DNA of 64,000 nucleotides. Source: Octopus vulgaris (taxonomy: Eukaryota). This document shows, one piece after another, positions 39,515 through 51,750 of the stretch. The position numbers were made by a program, and so were the translations under genes. Each line of letters opens with the position of its first letter. Position 1 is the stretch's first letter. The notes beneath the pieces were generated by a model. It did not search any database and had not been told where the DNA came from. It was given only the letters and a program-made list of their open reading frames with translations. The stretch covers positions 86,242,001 through 86,306,000 of the forward strand of contig OX597817.1 of assembly GCA_951406725.2 (NCBI GenBank), read 5' to 3'.

Positions 39515-39772
39515 AATGACGACAATGACTAAATTTCGATTGTTTTGATCTCCTGGATGTACATAAAGTGTCTTATTCCTGGTTGTATAAAGAATCTCAG
39601 ACCAGATTCAAATGAAGAACCTTTATGACTAAACTAGTGTAATGACATTCTTAATAAAGAGATTACTATTGCATAAGCTGACCGAGTGGATATAACATTA
39701 TTACACCAAATAATTTCTCTCAGTAATTTATTCCCTAATGTATGTTCATTTTTGTTTACTTTTATACAAAAA

Positions 39773-40173
39773 GGAGTGGCTGTGTGGTAAGTAGCTTGCT
39801 TACCAACCACATGGTTTCGGGTTCAGTCCCACTGCGTGGCACCTTGGGCAAGTGTCTTCTACTATGGCCTCGGGCGGACCAAAACCTTGTGAGTAGATTT
39901 GGTAGACGGAAACTGAAAGAAGCCCGTCGTATATATGCATATATATATGTGTATGTGAGTGTATATGTTTGTGTGTCTGTGTTTGTCCCCCAACATTGCT
40001 TGACAACTGATGCTGGTGTGTTTACGTCCCCGTAACTTAGCGGTTCAGCAAAAGAGACCGATAGAATAAGTACTAGGCTTATAAAGAATAAGTCCTGGGG
40101 TCAATTTGCTCGACTAAAGGTGGTGCTCCTGCATGGCCACAGTCAAATTCAAATGACTGAAACAAGTAAAAGA
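39773..40173 (+). mobile_element. Near full-length tRNA-derived SINE (major family)
   Basis: TGGCTGTGTGG A box, GGTTCAGTCC B-box-like, conserved CCTTGTGAGT...GGAAACTGAAAGAAGCCCGTCG core, internal microsatellite, AAACAAGTAAAAGA end. Confidence 0.88.
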
Positions 40174-41289
40174 GTATCTATTTAGTGATTCTGTTACCAC
40201 TACCTTGGTAAGGACACTGAAGTAAAAATGAAACATGTCCAAAGTTATCTCCCATGTTTGCCAGAATAAGTAAAATACTGTGAAACCTTAATGCTTAATG
40301 TCTTTTCTTCCTTGTATAATTATTTCTAATTTTGATTTTTAATTTTATATGTTAAAAGAAATATTCACTGCAATAAAATATAATAATATGATCTCCATAA
40401 CTATTCCAAATTCTTTATCCAGTTTTAGGTACAGATCAAGGAATGAGACACCTGATGAAGATCAGAGATCAAATTACTCAAGATGTAGAAGATATTGTAA
40501 ACATATACTCTCTAACAATGGAGTTAACTGTTCAGAAAATTACACCTGCTGGATTTTATTATTTTAGCTTTTCTTACTGTCTTTTTCTTTTCTTTCAGTT
40601 CCTTCTTTCTTCCTTCATTTTTTTCTTTCCTGCATTTGTTCTCTCTTTCTTCTTCTTTCTTTCTATCTTTCATCTCCCAAATATTAAATTCAAAATGGAA
40701 AGAAAGAAAGAAAGAAAGAAACAGAGAGAGAAAAACTGAATGAATGAATGAATGAATGACAGAAAATTTTCTGAAAACATGTCTAGATCTTTTCTATTTG
40801 CAAAAAGAGGTTGAAGGGCAAGTAAACAAACTGACCTAAAATTAACTGTAAATCTCAAGTATTTAGGATTAATATACAATAGCGATTGTCTATAATGTAG
40901 AACTAGAAACACTGTACAGAACACACACACACACACAAACGTGGCTTGATTCTTTTTAATTAAAGAAAAAAATATTTTGTTAGAAATTGAGTATAAATAT
41001 TATCAGTATATATACACACACACGTATATATGTACATAAGTATATACATATGTATATATGTGTATATATATAAATAAATTATATATGCATGTATACATAC
41101 ATATATATAATTGTCTGTAACTTTGATATGAATACCTGACCTTTAACCAGGTCAGGAATTTTATGGTCTTTGTTTTTTTTTATACTTTTATCTTAAATTG
41201 TCTGATTGTTCATAAATGAATTATTTTATGACCCTGCTTCATAATCAAAATCTCTAACTTCTTCAGAAGGTCATAAAATTATGTATCTT

Positions 41290-41505
41290 ATTTCTTTATA
41301 GCCCACAAGGAGGGGACAAACAAGGACAGACAAAGGGATTAAGTCGATTACATCAACCCCAGTGCGTAACTGGTACTTAATTTATTGACCCCGAAAGGAT
41401 GAAAGGCAAAAGTCGACCTCAGTGGAATTTGAACTCAGAACGTAAAGACAGACGAAATACTGCTAAGCATTTTGCCCGGCATGCTAACATTTCTGCCAGC
41501 TCGCT
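41290..41505 (-). mobile_element. Short tRNA-derived SINE (third family)
   Basis: Minus strand GCGAGCTGGCAGAA...TCTGAGTTCAAATTCC...CCTTTCATCCTTTCGGGGTC; relatives at ~38280-38500, ~41710-41880, ~47360-47570 and ~47860-48010. Confidence 0.75.
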
Positions 41506-42436
41506 GTATATATCTGTCTGCATGCACGTGTGGGTGCAGAAGGAAAAGGGAAAGAGAAAGAGAGAGGGATGTGTTCTATACAATTATTATTGGTGCTGCT
41601 TATTTTTTTTCAAACTTGGCAGGATTTGAACACACAGTGCAAAGGGACATAGCAAAATATATTGAAAGCATTTTTTTGTGCTGCCTCATTGATGCTACCC
41701 TTATTATTGGTTTCAAATTTTGGCACAAGGTCAGCAAGTTCCAACCCCAGTGTTCAACTGGTACTTATTTTATTGACCCCAAAAGGATAAAAGATAGTCA
41801 ACATCAGCAGAATTTTGATTCAGAAAGTGAAGACTAACAAAATGCCACTAAGCATTTTGCCAGCTGGCTGCCTTGCTACCCTTATTATTATTCAGTTGTG
41901 CTGGTAGTACAGATTCCCGTGATTCTCTGTCACCACCCAATTTTATTTGAATTTGTAGCTTGAGTTGCAATGAATCTTTCGTTAACTGATTACACAGCCA
42001 TGGACACCATCCCTATGGATGTGTTGCTGTTACTTTCTTTATAGAGTTCGGTGATCCTGACTGTGGACCTTCTAGGATTCCTCCACTCAGAATCAATATA
42101 AGAAGTACCATTGGCTCAGCTGACCTCTTAAAAATCCTCCATGCTGCAGTCCCATCTCTTCACTGTATCTCAGGCAGGGTGGTTGAACAGCTGCTATGGA
42201 TTACCAAAGAGCAACCCCTAACTATGGAGGGTACAATTGTCACAACTCTTACCTTCATGAAAATATAACAGCCAACAAAGATTCCGTCATGTGATTGCTC
42301 AACCTGCTAGAAAATAGCAGCCAAATCTTCTTTAAATCAAACTCTACCATTTTAAAGAAGGAAAGACACATTAGATAATATAATCTGAGATTCATCAAAT
42401 CAGTAAAGAAAAACAAAACAAACAAAAGCAAAAATG

Positions 42437-43133
42437 ATGAGATGGCCCTTTAGAAGTTACACAAGTGTTTTCTAATTCAGGGAAGAGAAGTGGAAACTTT
42501 GTGATTTTTTTAAAGAAATTCAAATGATATATGCATTACCAATTTGAGCTCAAGTGGTTTCAGGTTCAGTCTCATGGTGCTACACCTTGGACAAGCACCT
42601 TCTAATCCTCAAGTTGATTAATGCTTTGTAAGTGAATTTAGTAGACAGAAGCTGTGTAGAATCTCGTTACCATTATCTTCAAACAGGTGCATATTGTACC
42701 CTGACTTTTAATATATGTATATATATATATATAATATAAAAAGGGTAAATAATTTTTTCGTAGTTTTTTAGACAACCAACAATTATTTACCGGTAAATTT
42801 CGGTAAATATGACTTTACCTGTTTGAAGATAATGGTAACGAGATTCTACACAGCTTCAGTCTACTAAATTCACTTACAAAGCATTAATCAACTTGAGGAT
42901 TAGAAGGTGCTTGTCCAAGGTGTAGCACCATGAGACTGAACCTGAAACCACTTGAGCTCAAATTGGTAATGCATATATCATTTGAATTTCTTTAAAAAAA
43001 TCACAAAGTTTCCACTTCTCTTCCCTGAATTAGAAAACACTTGTGTAACTTCTAAAGGGCCATCTCATTTACCGGTAAATAATTGTTGGTTGTCTAAAAA
43101 ACCACGAAAAAATTATTTACCCTTTTTATATTA
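42437..43133. repeat. Two interleaved near-perfect inverted repeats (A-B-A'-B')
   Basis: A 42437-42688 versus A' 42817-43068 (252 bp, one mismatch seen); B 42732-42798 versus B' 43067-43133 (67 bp, one mismatch seen). Confidence 0.95.
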
Positions 43134-43551
43134 CCAATTGGATTTCTTACTCCATTGCGATTATCCTGGTGGCGCGCATAGCAGAATTTTAGAGGGAAAA
43201 TTTACGGTCCCAGTCGTTTACTTAGTTTTAACTTATGCACACTTCCCCCCACTATCTGATGACGCCTGGTCAGAGGTGGAGGCTGGTGGCATTTGATAAA
43301 TCTATCGAATATGGTGCTGACAAAAGAATTTAGGCAATTTCTAGCCTACAATCAAGAAACATGTTCACCATTAACGGTAAGAGATTGTTTTCGTTTAGTT
43401 ACTACTCCGATTTCGCGTACGTGAATCGCAGGGTTGTGTCGTATATGGAGCCTCCACTTGTAGAAAATGGAATTAAACAGTCTCTGACTGCCATTTCGAA
43501 TTCTTTCGGTATGCGGCGGAGCAACCTGTTGCCTGCCCTTTTAATTACTGC

Positions 43552-43588
<37 letters not shown>

Positions 43589-43603
43589 GTGTGTGTGTGT
43601 GTA

Positions 43604-43635
<32 letters not shown>

Positions 43636-43653
43636 GATAGATAGATAGATAGA

Positions 43654-44219
43654 TCATCATCATCATCATCGTTTAACATCCGCTTTCCATGCTAGCATGG
43701 GTTGGATGGTTTAACTGGGGTCTGGGAAGCCCGAAGGCTGTACCAGGCCAGTCATATCTGGCGGTGTTTCTACAGCTGGATGCCCTTCCTAACGCCAACC
43801 ACTCCGTGAGTGTAGTGGGTGCTTTTTATGTGCCACCGACACAGGTGCCAGATGAGGCTGGCGAACGGCCACACTTGGATGGTGTTTTTTACGTGCCACC
43901 GGCACGGAGGCCAGGCAGGGCTGGCACGGCCACGATCGGATGGTGTTTGTTACGTGCCACCAGCACGGAGCCCAGTCGATGCAGTGCTGGCTATGGCTAC
44001 GTTCGGATGGTTCTCTTATGTGCCACCGGCACTGGTACCACAAACTACAAATTCCAATGATGTGGATCGATTTCGATTTGATACTTTGATTTTGATTTTG
44101 ATTTTCACTTGCCTCAACAGGTCTTCACAAGTAGAGTTATGTGTCCCAAGAAGGAAGGTATGCACAGGTGGACTGACTACGTCCCAGGTAGGGCCCACGG
44201 GTTATGGCCTCACTTGTCC
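43654..44219 (-). mobile_element. RTE LINE 3' UTR copy in inverted orientation
   Basis: Reverse complement of ~46528-47135, starting at the QDK-stop codons; (CAT)n next to (TAGA)n. Confidence 0.93.
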
Positions 44220-44291
44220 TTATAAATAGATATAATATATATATATATATATATATAGATAGATATAATACATACATACATATATATATAT

Positions 44292-47135
44292 ATGTCCAAA
44301 GATCCTGCAATTGAACAGAGATTTAGGGACATATTACTTGAAGCCTTTGACGAAGTAGAAGGGGATAGAGCATCACAGGGGGTAGAAGACAACTGGACGT
44401 TTCTAAGGGACAACCTGCTGAGATCCACTGACCAGATCTGTGGCTGGTGCAAAGTCCCCTCTCGACCTAGAATAACGTGGTGGTGGAACAATGTTGTAGA
44501 CAGGGCTATTAGAGAAAAGAGACAGGCTTGGAAGGACTGGAAAAATGGGGGTAGCAGGGAATTGTATCAGACTGCCAAAAGAGAAGCTAGGAGACAGGTT
44601 TATTTAGCCAGAGGGGAAGCAGATAAGAAAAAATTTGCCAATGTTCTGCGCCATGAGGACCAAAGACTGGAGGTGTTTTGCGTTGCAAGACAGTGTGTGA
44701 GAGAGAATCGTGATGTGGTAGGAGAGAAGTGTGTTCGCATGGAAGATGGTTCACTTGTGCTAAATGAGGATGCAAAGAGAGAGGTTTGGAGACGCCACTA
44801 TGAAAGGTTGCTGAATAAAGAAAATGAATGGGATAAAGAGAGTCTGCCGAATGTTGACCCAACAGAGGGACCAGCTATCCGAGTTGATAGTTCCTTGGTA
44901 GTTAAGGCAATTAGAAGCATGAAGACAGGGAAAGCCCCAGGCCCATCAGGAATCACTGCAGAGATGCTCAAAATGTCTGGTAGTGTCGGCTATAGCCTAG
45001 TCACCCGTATAGTTAATCAGGTGATACACAAAGGAGTCATACCCAATGACTGGTGTAGCAGCATAATAGTCAACTGCTACAAAGGTAAAGGTGACGCCCG
45101 AGATACAAATAATTACAGAGGTATCAAGCTGTTGGATCAGGTGATGAAGGTTACGGAGAGGGTCATAGCCCAACTAATTAGAGAGAGAGTTAGTTTAGAT
45201 GAGATGCAGTTTGGGTTCGTGCCAGGGAAAAGTACCACTGATGCTATATTCCTGGTAAGGCAGCTGCAGGAGAAATACCTAGCCAAAGATAAGCCCCTGT
45301 ACCTGGCTTTTGTTGACATGGAGAAAGCCTCCGACAGGGTCCCCCGATCCCTTATCTGGTGGTCAATGTGGAAACTAGGGATAGATGAATGGTTAGTGAG
45401 AGCTGTGCGAGCCATGTACAGGGACGCTGCTAGTAAGGTGAGGGTTGGCAACGAGTACAGTGAAGAATTCCGGGTAGAGGTAGGGGTCCACCAAGGATCA
45501 GTCCTCAGCCCCCTCCTATTTATCATAGTCCTCCAGGCAATAACGGAGGAATTCAAGACAGGATGCCCCTGGGAGCTCCTCTTTGCTGATGACCTTGCTC
45601 TAATTGCTGAGTCACTATCAGAACTGGGGGAGAAGTTTCAGGTGTGGAAACAAGGATTAGAATCGAAGGGCCTTAGAGTCAATCTAGCTAAAACCAAAGT
45701 TGTAATCAGTAGGAAGGTAGACAAATCACAAACGCCTTCAGGTAGATGGCCCTGCTCGATCTGTAGAAAAGGTGTAGGTAGAAACTTTATAAGATGCACC
45801 AAGTGTAAGCTATGGACACGTAAGAGGTGCAGCAATGTCAAAGGAAGGCTAACTAGGAAGATGGTTTTTGTATGTGGCAGATGCTCAGGAACAATAAACA
45901 CTGAAAATGTGCAGAGACCAACTTCCGTCACTTTCCAGGGAGAAAAACTAGAAATAGTTGATAGCTTCCGTTACCTAGGTGACCAAGTCAGCAGCGGTGG
46001 CGGGTGTGCTGAAAGTGTAACTGCTAGAGTAAGAATAGCTTGGGCAAAGTTCAGAGAGCTCTTACCTCTGCTGGTGACAAAAGGCCTCTTGCTCAGAGTA
46101 AAAGGCAGACTGTATGATGCGTGTGTATGAACAGCCATGCTACATGGCAGTGAAACATGGGCCGTGACTGCTGAGGATATGTGTAAGCTCGCAAGAAATG
46201 AAGCCAGTATGCTCCGATGGATGTGTAATGTCAGTACTCATACTTGACAGAGTGTAAGTACCTTGAGAGAAAAGCTGGACCTAAGAAGCATCAGTTGTGG
46301 TGTGCAAGAGAGACGTTTGCGCTGGTATGGGCATGTAGCGAGAATGGCTGAAGATAGTTGTGTGAAAAAGTGCCACACCCTAGCAGTTGAGGGAACCTGT
46401 GGAAGAGGCAGACCCAGGAAAACCTGGGACGAGGTGGTGAAGCACGACCTTCAAACTTTAGGTCTCACTGAGGAAATGACTAGAGACCGAGACCTCTGGA
46501 AGTATGCTGTGCGCAAGAAGACCCGGCAGGACAAGTGAGACCATAACCCGTGGCCTTCTACATGGTATGGAGCCAGCCTACGTATGCATACCTTCCCTTC
46601 TTGGGACACAAAACTCTACTTGTGAAGACCTGTTGAGGCAAGTGAGGATCAGAATCGAAATCGATCAATAGAAATTGCAGCTGAGTTACCAGTGCCGGTG
46701 GCACGTAAGAGAACCATCCGTTTGTGACCGTTGCCAGCGCCACCCCGACTGGCCTCATGCCGGTGGCACGTAAAAAGCACCATCCGTTCGTGTCCATTGC
46801 CAGCCTTGCCTGGCCCCCGTGCCGGTGGCACATAAAAGCACCATCCGTTCGTGTCCGTTGCCAGCCTCGCCTGGCCCCCGTGCCGGTGGCACGTAAAATC
46901 ACCATCCGCTCATGGCCGTTTGCCAGCTCTGTCTGGCACCTGTGTGGGTGGCACGTAAAAAGCACCCACTACACTCATGGAGTGGTTGGCGTTAGGAAGG
47001 GCATCCAGCTGTAGAAACACTGCCAGATCTGACTGGGCCTGATGAAGCCTTCCGGCTTCACAGACCCCAGCTGAACCGTCCAACCCATGCTAGCATGGAA
47101 AACGGACACTAAATGATGATGATGATGATGATGAT
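44292..47135 (+). mobile_element. 5'-truncated RTE-clade LINE: RT, Cys-rich insertion, 3' UTR and (GAT)n tail; two premature stops
   Basis: GKAPGPSG, NYRGIKLL, QFGFVPGKSTTDAI, AFVDMEKA, GVHQGSVLSPLLF, FADD, HGSETW, LRWYGHV, RGRPRKTW; premature TGA at 46128 and ~46245 where Arg is expected, true stop at 46538; no APE endonuclease. Confidence 0.96.
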
Positions 47136-50100
47136 ATATATATATATATGTAAATACATTACAGAGAAAAGCATTTCAGCATTTCATATGTTAGCTTTTT
47201 AAATCAGAGCTTACAATCTGAGAGACTACTAATTTTTACACGGCACACTAATATTTATATGCAGTTATGTTGTTTTCAATATTCAAATGGCTGAACGCTT
47301 ACAGAATTAGGTCACTCAGTTGATTGATTTCTTTGCTCATTGATTTTATTATTATTATTAAGATAGCGAGCTGGCAGAATTGTGAGAGTGTCAGAAAAAA
47401 TGCTCAGCAGTATTCTTGAGCTCAAATCCCACCGAGGTCAACTTTGCCTTTCATTCCTTACAAGGTTGATTAAAGAAGTACCAGTTACTTACTGGGATTG
47501 ATGTACTCAACTAACCTCCTCCCCCAAAATTGCTAGCCTTATACCAAAATTTGAATCAATTATTATTAGTAAGAGTGGCACAAACCATCAAAGTGACACT
47601 GGAATAAAATATACGAAGCCCAATATACCCATCGTGACTACCTGTCTAAGGGTACAATGCATCACAACACGTACATTATATGGTGACCTCATATCAAGAT
47701 AAACAGTACATGACCTTGCAGGTGAGGATCAGAATTTTCTTCAGGTTGAGTAGCCCATTCCACTCAAAAGATCCCTGAATAAGGGTTGTTTAAGGGTGAT
47801 GAACACACCACCCATGTTTCCAGTGATGAATTATTGAAACCCCAGCATTTCGTCAGGCTATACATTCTGAGTTGAAATTCCACCAGAGTCAACTTCACCT
47901 TTCATCTTTTGGGGAGTCGATAAAATAATTACCAGTCAAGCTCTTGGGTTGATGTAACTAACTCACCCACTTTCCCAAAATTTCAGGGGTCTTGTGTCTA
48001 TAGTAGAAAGGATTATTATTATTGTTATTATTATTATTATACATTCTGAGTTAAAATCCCACCAAGATATATTTTACCTTTCATCCTCTGGGTTTCAATA
48101 AAATAAATATTAAGTAACAAATGCTGAAATCGAGACAATCCGTTCCCTCGCTCCTTATATTTGAGTTAGAAGTCATTATTAATAAAATAAGATGATCTAG
48201 GTCACTTGTGTAACCAGGTTTAGATTTTAGTGTCAATTTGCGATAAGTTTTGCACTGTGCTGGCATGACCAATTGCAGTCAAGGGAAATATTTTATTTCC
48301 AAATCCACGAATCATAGTTTTATATTTCAGTTATATATCGAATAATTTAATATTGAATAATAACTAATTCAATATTTGAGGCCTTGAAAAGCCTCATATT
48401 TGTTGTATCTTTTCCATATTAACTGGAGATAGATTATGTAGTGGTTATTCATATGAAAAATACAATTGAAATAGGGACATTATACTTGATGCACTGAGTG
48501 GGGAAAAAAACAATATGATTAATTGATAATTCTTATATGGTAACGAGAAGAGAAATTTAGTTCAACAATTAATGTTATTTTAATCTGATTGTGGCAAATT
48601 ACAAGTGACAGCTCAACTTCAGACATGTTTCAAGCTTACAGGTTCTCGTTAGTGAAGGATCACCTTTGTACTTGCTAAGTTATTGATAAGAAAATTGCTA
48701 TATTGCTGTAGGCATCTAAAATTAAATGATTGAGAGGAATTTTTCAGAGACACCAGATGAACAAAAAAAAGTTATATTAGTGTTGGTGGTGGTGGTGGTA
48801 GTAGTGGCTAAGGCCTGCAAGAGAAATTCTGCTAGGTGGAAGGAGGGTTTTTTCCAGGCTCCACCTTGGAAGAGAGTGGGACCTTCATCCATCTGAAATT
48901 CAAGTTTTCTTTTCTTGGATTTATGGGTCCTGGATAGATGTACTGGCTGAAGACCATCCAACTCATATGCATCCTGGTGGTGGTGCCAGTCAACCTTCCA
49001 ACTGAACCAATGATGCTCACTTTGATTTTTCAAATTGTTGATTTTATGTGTTAGTCACAATTCCTGACAGAAGTATCACAATTTTTTGTTGATGAGGTGG
49101 GATCTTAACTCAGAATATACAGAGCTGGAATAAATACAACAAAACATCCTTTCCAACCATCTAACAGTTCTGCCAATCCATTACCCTGACAAAATTGATC
49201 TCAGCAGGATTTGAACTCAGAGCATTTTATTCAGCATTCTAACAACTCTTCCAATTCACCAATAACCCCCACCAAATTAAGTAGTAATTAAAATATTTGT
49301 CATTTAACTAACGTTTTCTTTTCCTCATCACATAAGTATTAATTTGATTCCTCACCCATCAATCATATGATGGCACTAACTTCATTTATATGGTTTTTAT
49401 TTTATTATATTGATTTCATTTTTAGCATTAACACTAATTTAAGTGCAGCTACCAATAAAATAAAGAGCAATGACTAATTCTACATAATTAATTCTATATA
49501 ATTCCAGTTATTTATCCTAAGTATTTTCTTTTAAAATGTATTCATTTACCTGATTTACATGCAGCAAAACTACTTCAGATCCAATAACAACTAATTTCTT
49601 ACAAAACTCAGGTGAGGCCCACAATGAAGGCATTGTTTTCATATCAAGAACAGTGCTGCTGCTATATGCAAAGATTTTCTAGACTCGCAATGGAGTATTA
49701 TGATGACTCTCACATCTAGGATGTATGCTGCTATATGTATAGCCATCCTAGATCACAAGCAAAGAAAGCTAGTTTATTGATTGGTATGGAATCACTCACT
49801 ACAATGGACTTTGCACCTCATAGCTGGCAGGTCCCACATCACTTCCACTCATCCATATCACCTGCACTTCCTTGTATTCCTATCCAACCCCACACTAAAC
49901 ATTATGTTCAATCTTTCCTTCCCAAGAGATTAGTTGTCTGGAATTCTAGGTCTCTATTTTCTTGCACAGTTCAAGTGGAAACTTAACAGTATTGATCTCA
50001 CCAGTCCCAGAGGATTTACAAAAGGTATGAGCACAGCTTCTCCCTCCAGATCAAACTAATTAAAAAAGTGCATAAAGTGATAGGAAATTTAAAATTTTGT

Positions 50101-51594
50101 CTAGATATTCAATTTATTGCAAATCTTTACATCCAGCCCAAGTCCATCACCTGATCCTTGGGTGGCTGTAGAGTTCACTCAGTTGCAAGCACACAGCCCA
50201 GACATGGTCTTTTCTACCTCACCCATGTTTGCCTGTAGATGTTCAAGATGAATATTAACATCAATTTTGAGTACAGTCCTTTCTCTCCTGATCAAATTAT
50301 TAAACAGCTTTAATCTTCAAAGATCATTCTTATTTGAAACTCATTTTCCAGAATTCATTCTAAATGCCCAAACCAAGTTTAGTTCCAAGAGTTGCAACAT
50401 AATATTTAATAGTACTATCTACTTCCATCTTTAATGCCTGTTATATTATGATAATGATGATGGGAGTGGTTAGTGCTCCCAGTTAACTCAATTCCTAGAC
50501 TTAGAAGAGCTGTAAAACATAATTATTTTCTTTTCTTAGATTATACAGAAGAAAATGGAACTTAAATAACTGCAAAGACAGGTAGCTAGTTTCCAGATGA
50601 CATTAATTTATTCATTTTAAGGTTCAGATATTAAAACCTCAACTTTCACATGTTCAACCACTGAGTTATTTTATAGGGTTTGAAAACTAAAGATTTCTCT
50701 TTCTTTGGTTTTGTTTCAATGAACACTACTATTAGGAAAATATTTGCACACTAACAATAAGCTATGTTATAACCTGGAAAACAGCAATCATGCATGAATA
50801 CTTGACATAATTTGAAGCAAACTCTCCTCTCATTCATATGCATAGACATCTAGTGATATTTTGTTATGTTCTTATCTGAATTTGCCTTTTTGTCACTCGA
50901 TAGCAGGTTTCAAATTAAATAAACTATGAAACTGCAAGTTGAAACTCTGACAATAATGGACAAAAAAATGTATGAAAATAAAGAAAAAATACAATTGCCT
51001 TACAACTAACCTTTATTTTTTTTAGAAACATAATTTACTTCAAGCATTTTTTTGCAAACCGTGGCTAAAGTGATTTGACAACTGACAGCTCAGGAAATTT
51101 CATTCTATGAAACAAGTTGTACAGCCATTCTACCTCCATCTGATGACACTATTTTTAAAAATTCTTAGGTACTTCAACTCCAGCTTTGCTTTTTCTCCAT
51201 TCAATTTTCTAATTTGAAGAAAACTTTGGAATATCTAAAACAGCGGATCAACTAACTCATCGTTTTTCTAAAGCATGGTGGTTTACTTTATTTTTTCACA
51301 GTCAATGTAAAACATCAACAGAATTCTAAAATCGATTTCTCGTTAACAATATTGATAGCGATTTGGTTACACAAAAGGTTATTTTAAGATTAAATGGAAA
51401 AAAGAATCTGAGTGAAAAGATTATTAAAAAATGGAGGCTACTTTCTTTAAAATAAAAAAAATGCCGAAGCTAGCTGATAGAGAAAATTATGTAAGAAAGA
51501 AAGGTAGATGAAAGGTTAAGTTGGGTCAATATTGATAACCGTACAAATAGCTTGTCAGGTAATTTAGGAAATGAGTTAAGAAGAATTAGAAAGA

Positions 51595-51750
51595 ATCCAC
51601 GCATGCTCAGTTGGGCTTGTCTTTCATCCGAGTGCATGCTGGGAGTAACAGAGAATCTGCCGCCGCACTTCCAAAATGGCAGATCATGACTAAATCGAGA
51701 AGAGCTTGGGGGAAAGAAAGCTGTTGGTACTTTATTCGCATACATTTGTT
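51595..51750 (+). promoter_or_regulatory. Promoter-like cluster, probable start of a plus-strand gene extending beyond the window
   Basis: GCATGCTGGGA (ZNF143/Staf-like, 51634), CACTTCC (ETS-like, 51666) abutting AAAATGGC (YY1-like, 51673); ~3 kb of TE-poor, CpG-retaining sequence follows; candidate donor CTGAG|GTAAT at 54066; downstream DNA is T-rich on plus. Confidence 0.6.

Noticed and set aside
40452-40485. CTGATGAAGATCAGAGATCAAA as a hammerhead
   Set aside because: GAAA is absent and stem I cannot form; it also overlaps a candidate exon.
47036-47075. CTGATGA in the RTE tail as a possible hammerhead
   Set aside because: Other copies read CTGGTGC here and no GAAA follows the stem; it is a chance variant.
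48640-50360. Possible minus-strand exons from the 51.6 kb promoter (~48640-48716 and ~50223-50359)
   Set aside because: Stops in most frames, no consistent chain and no recognisable product.
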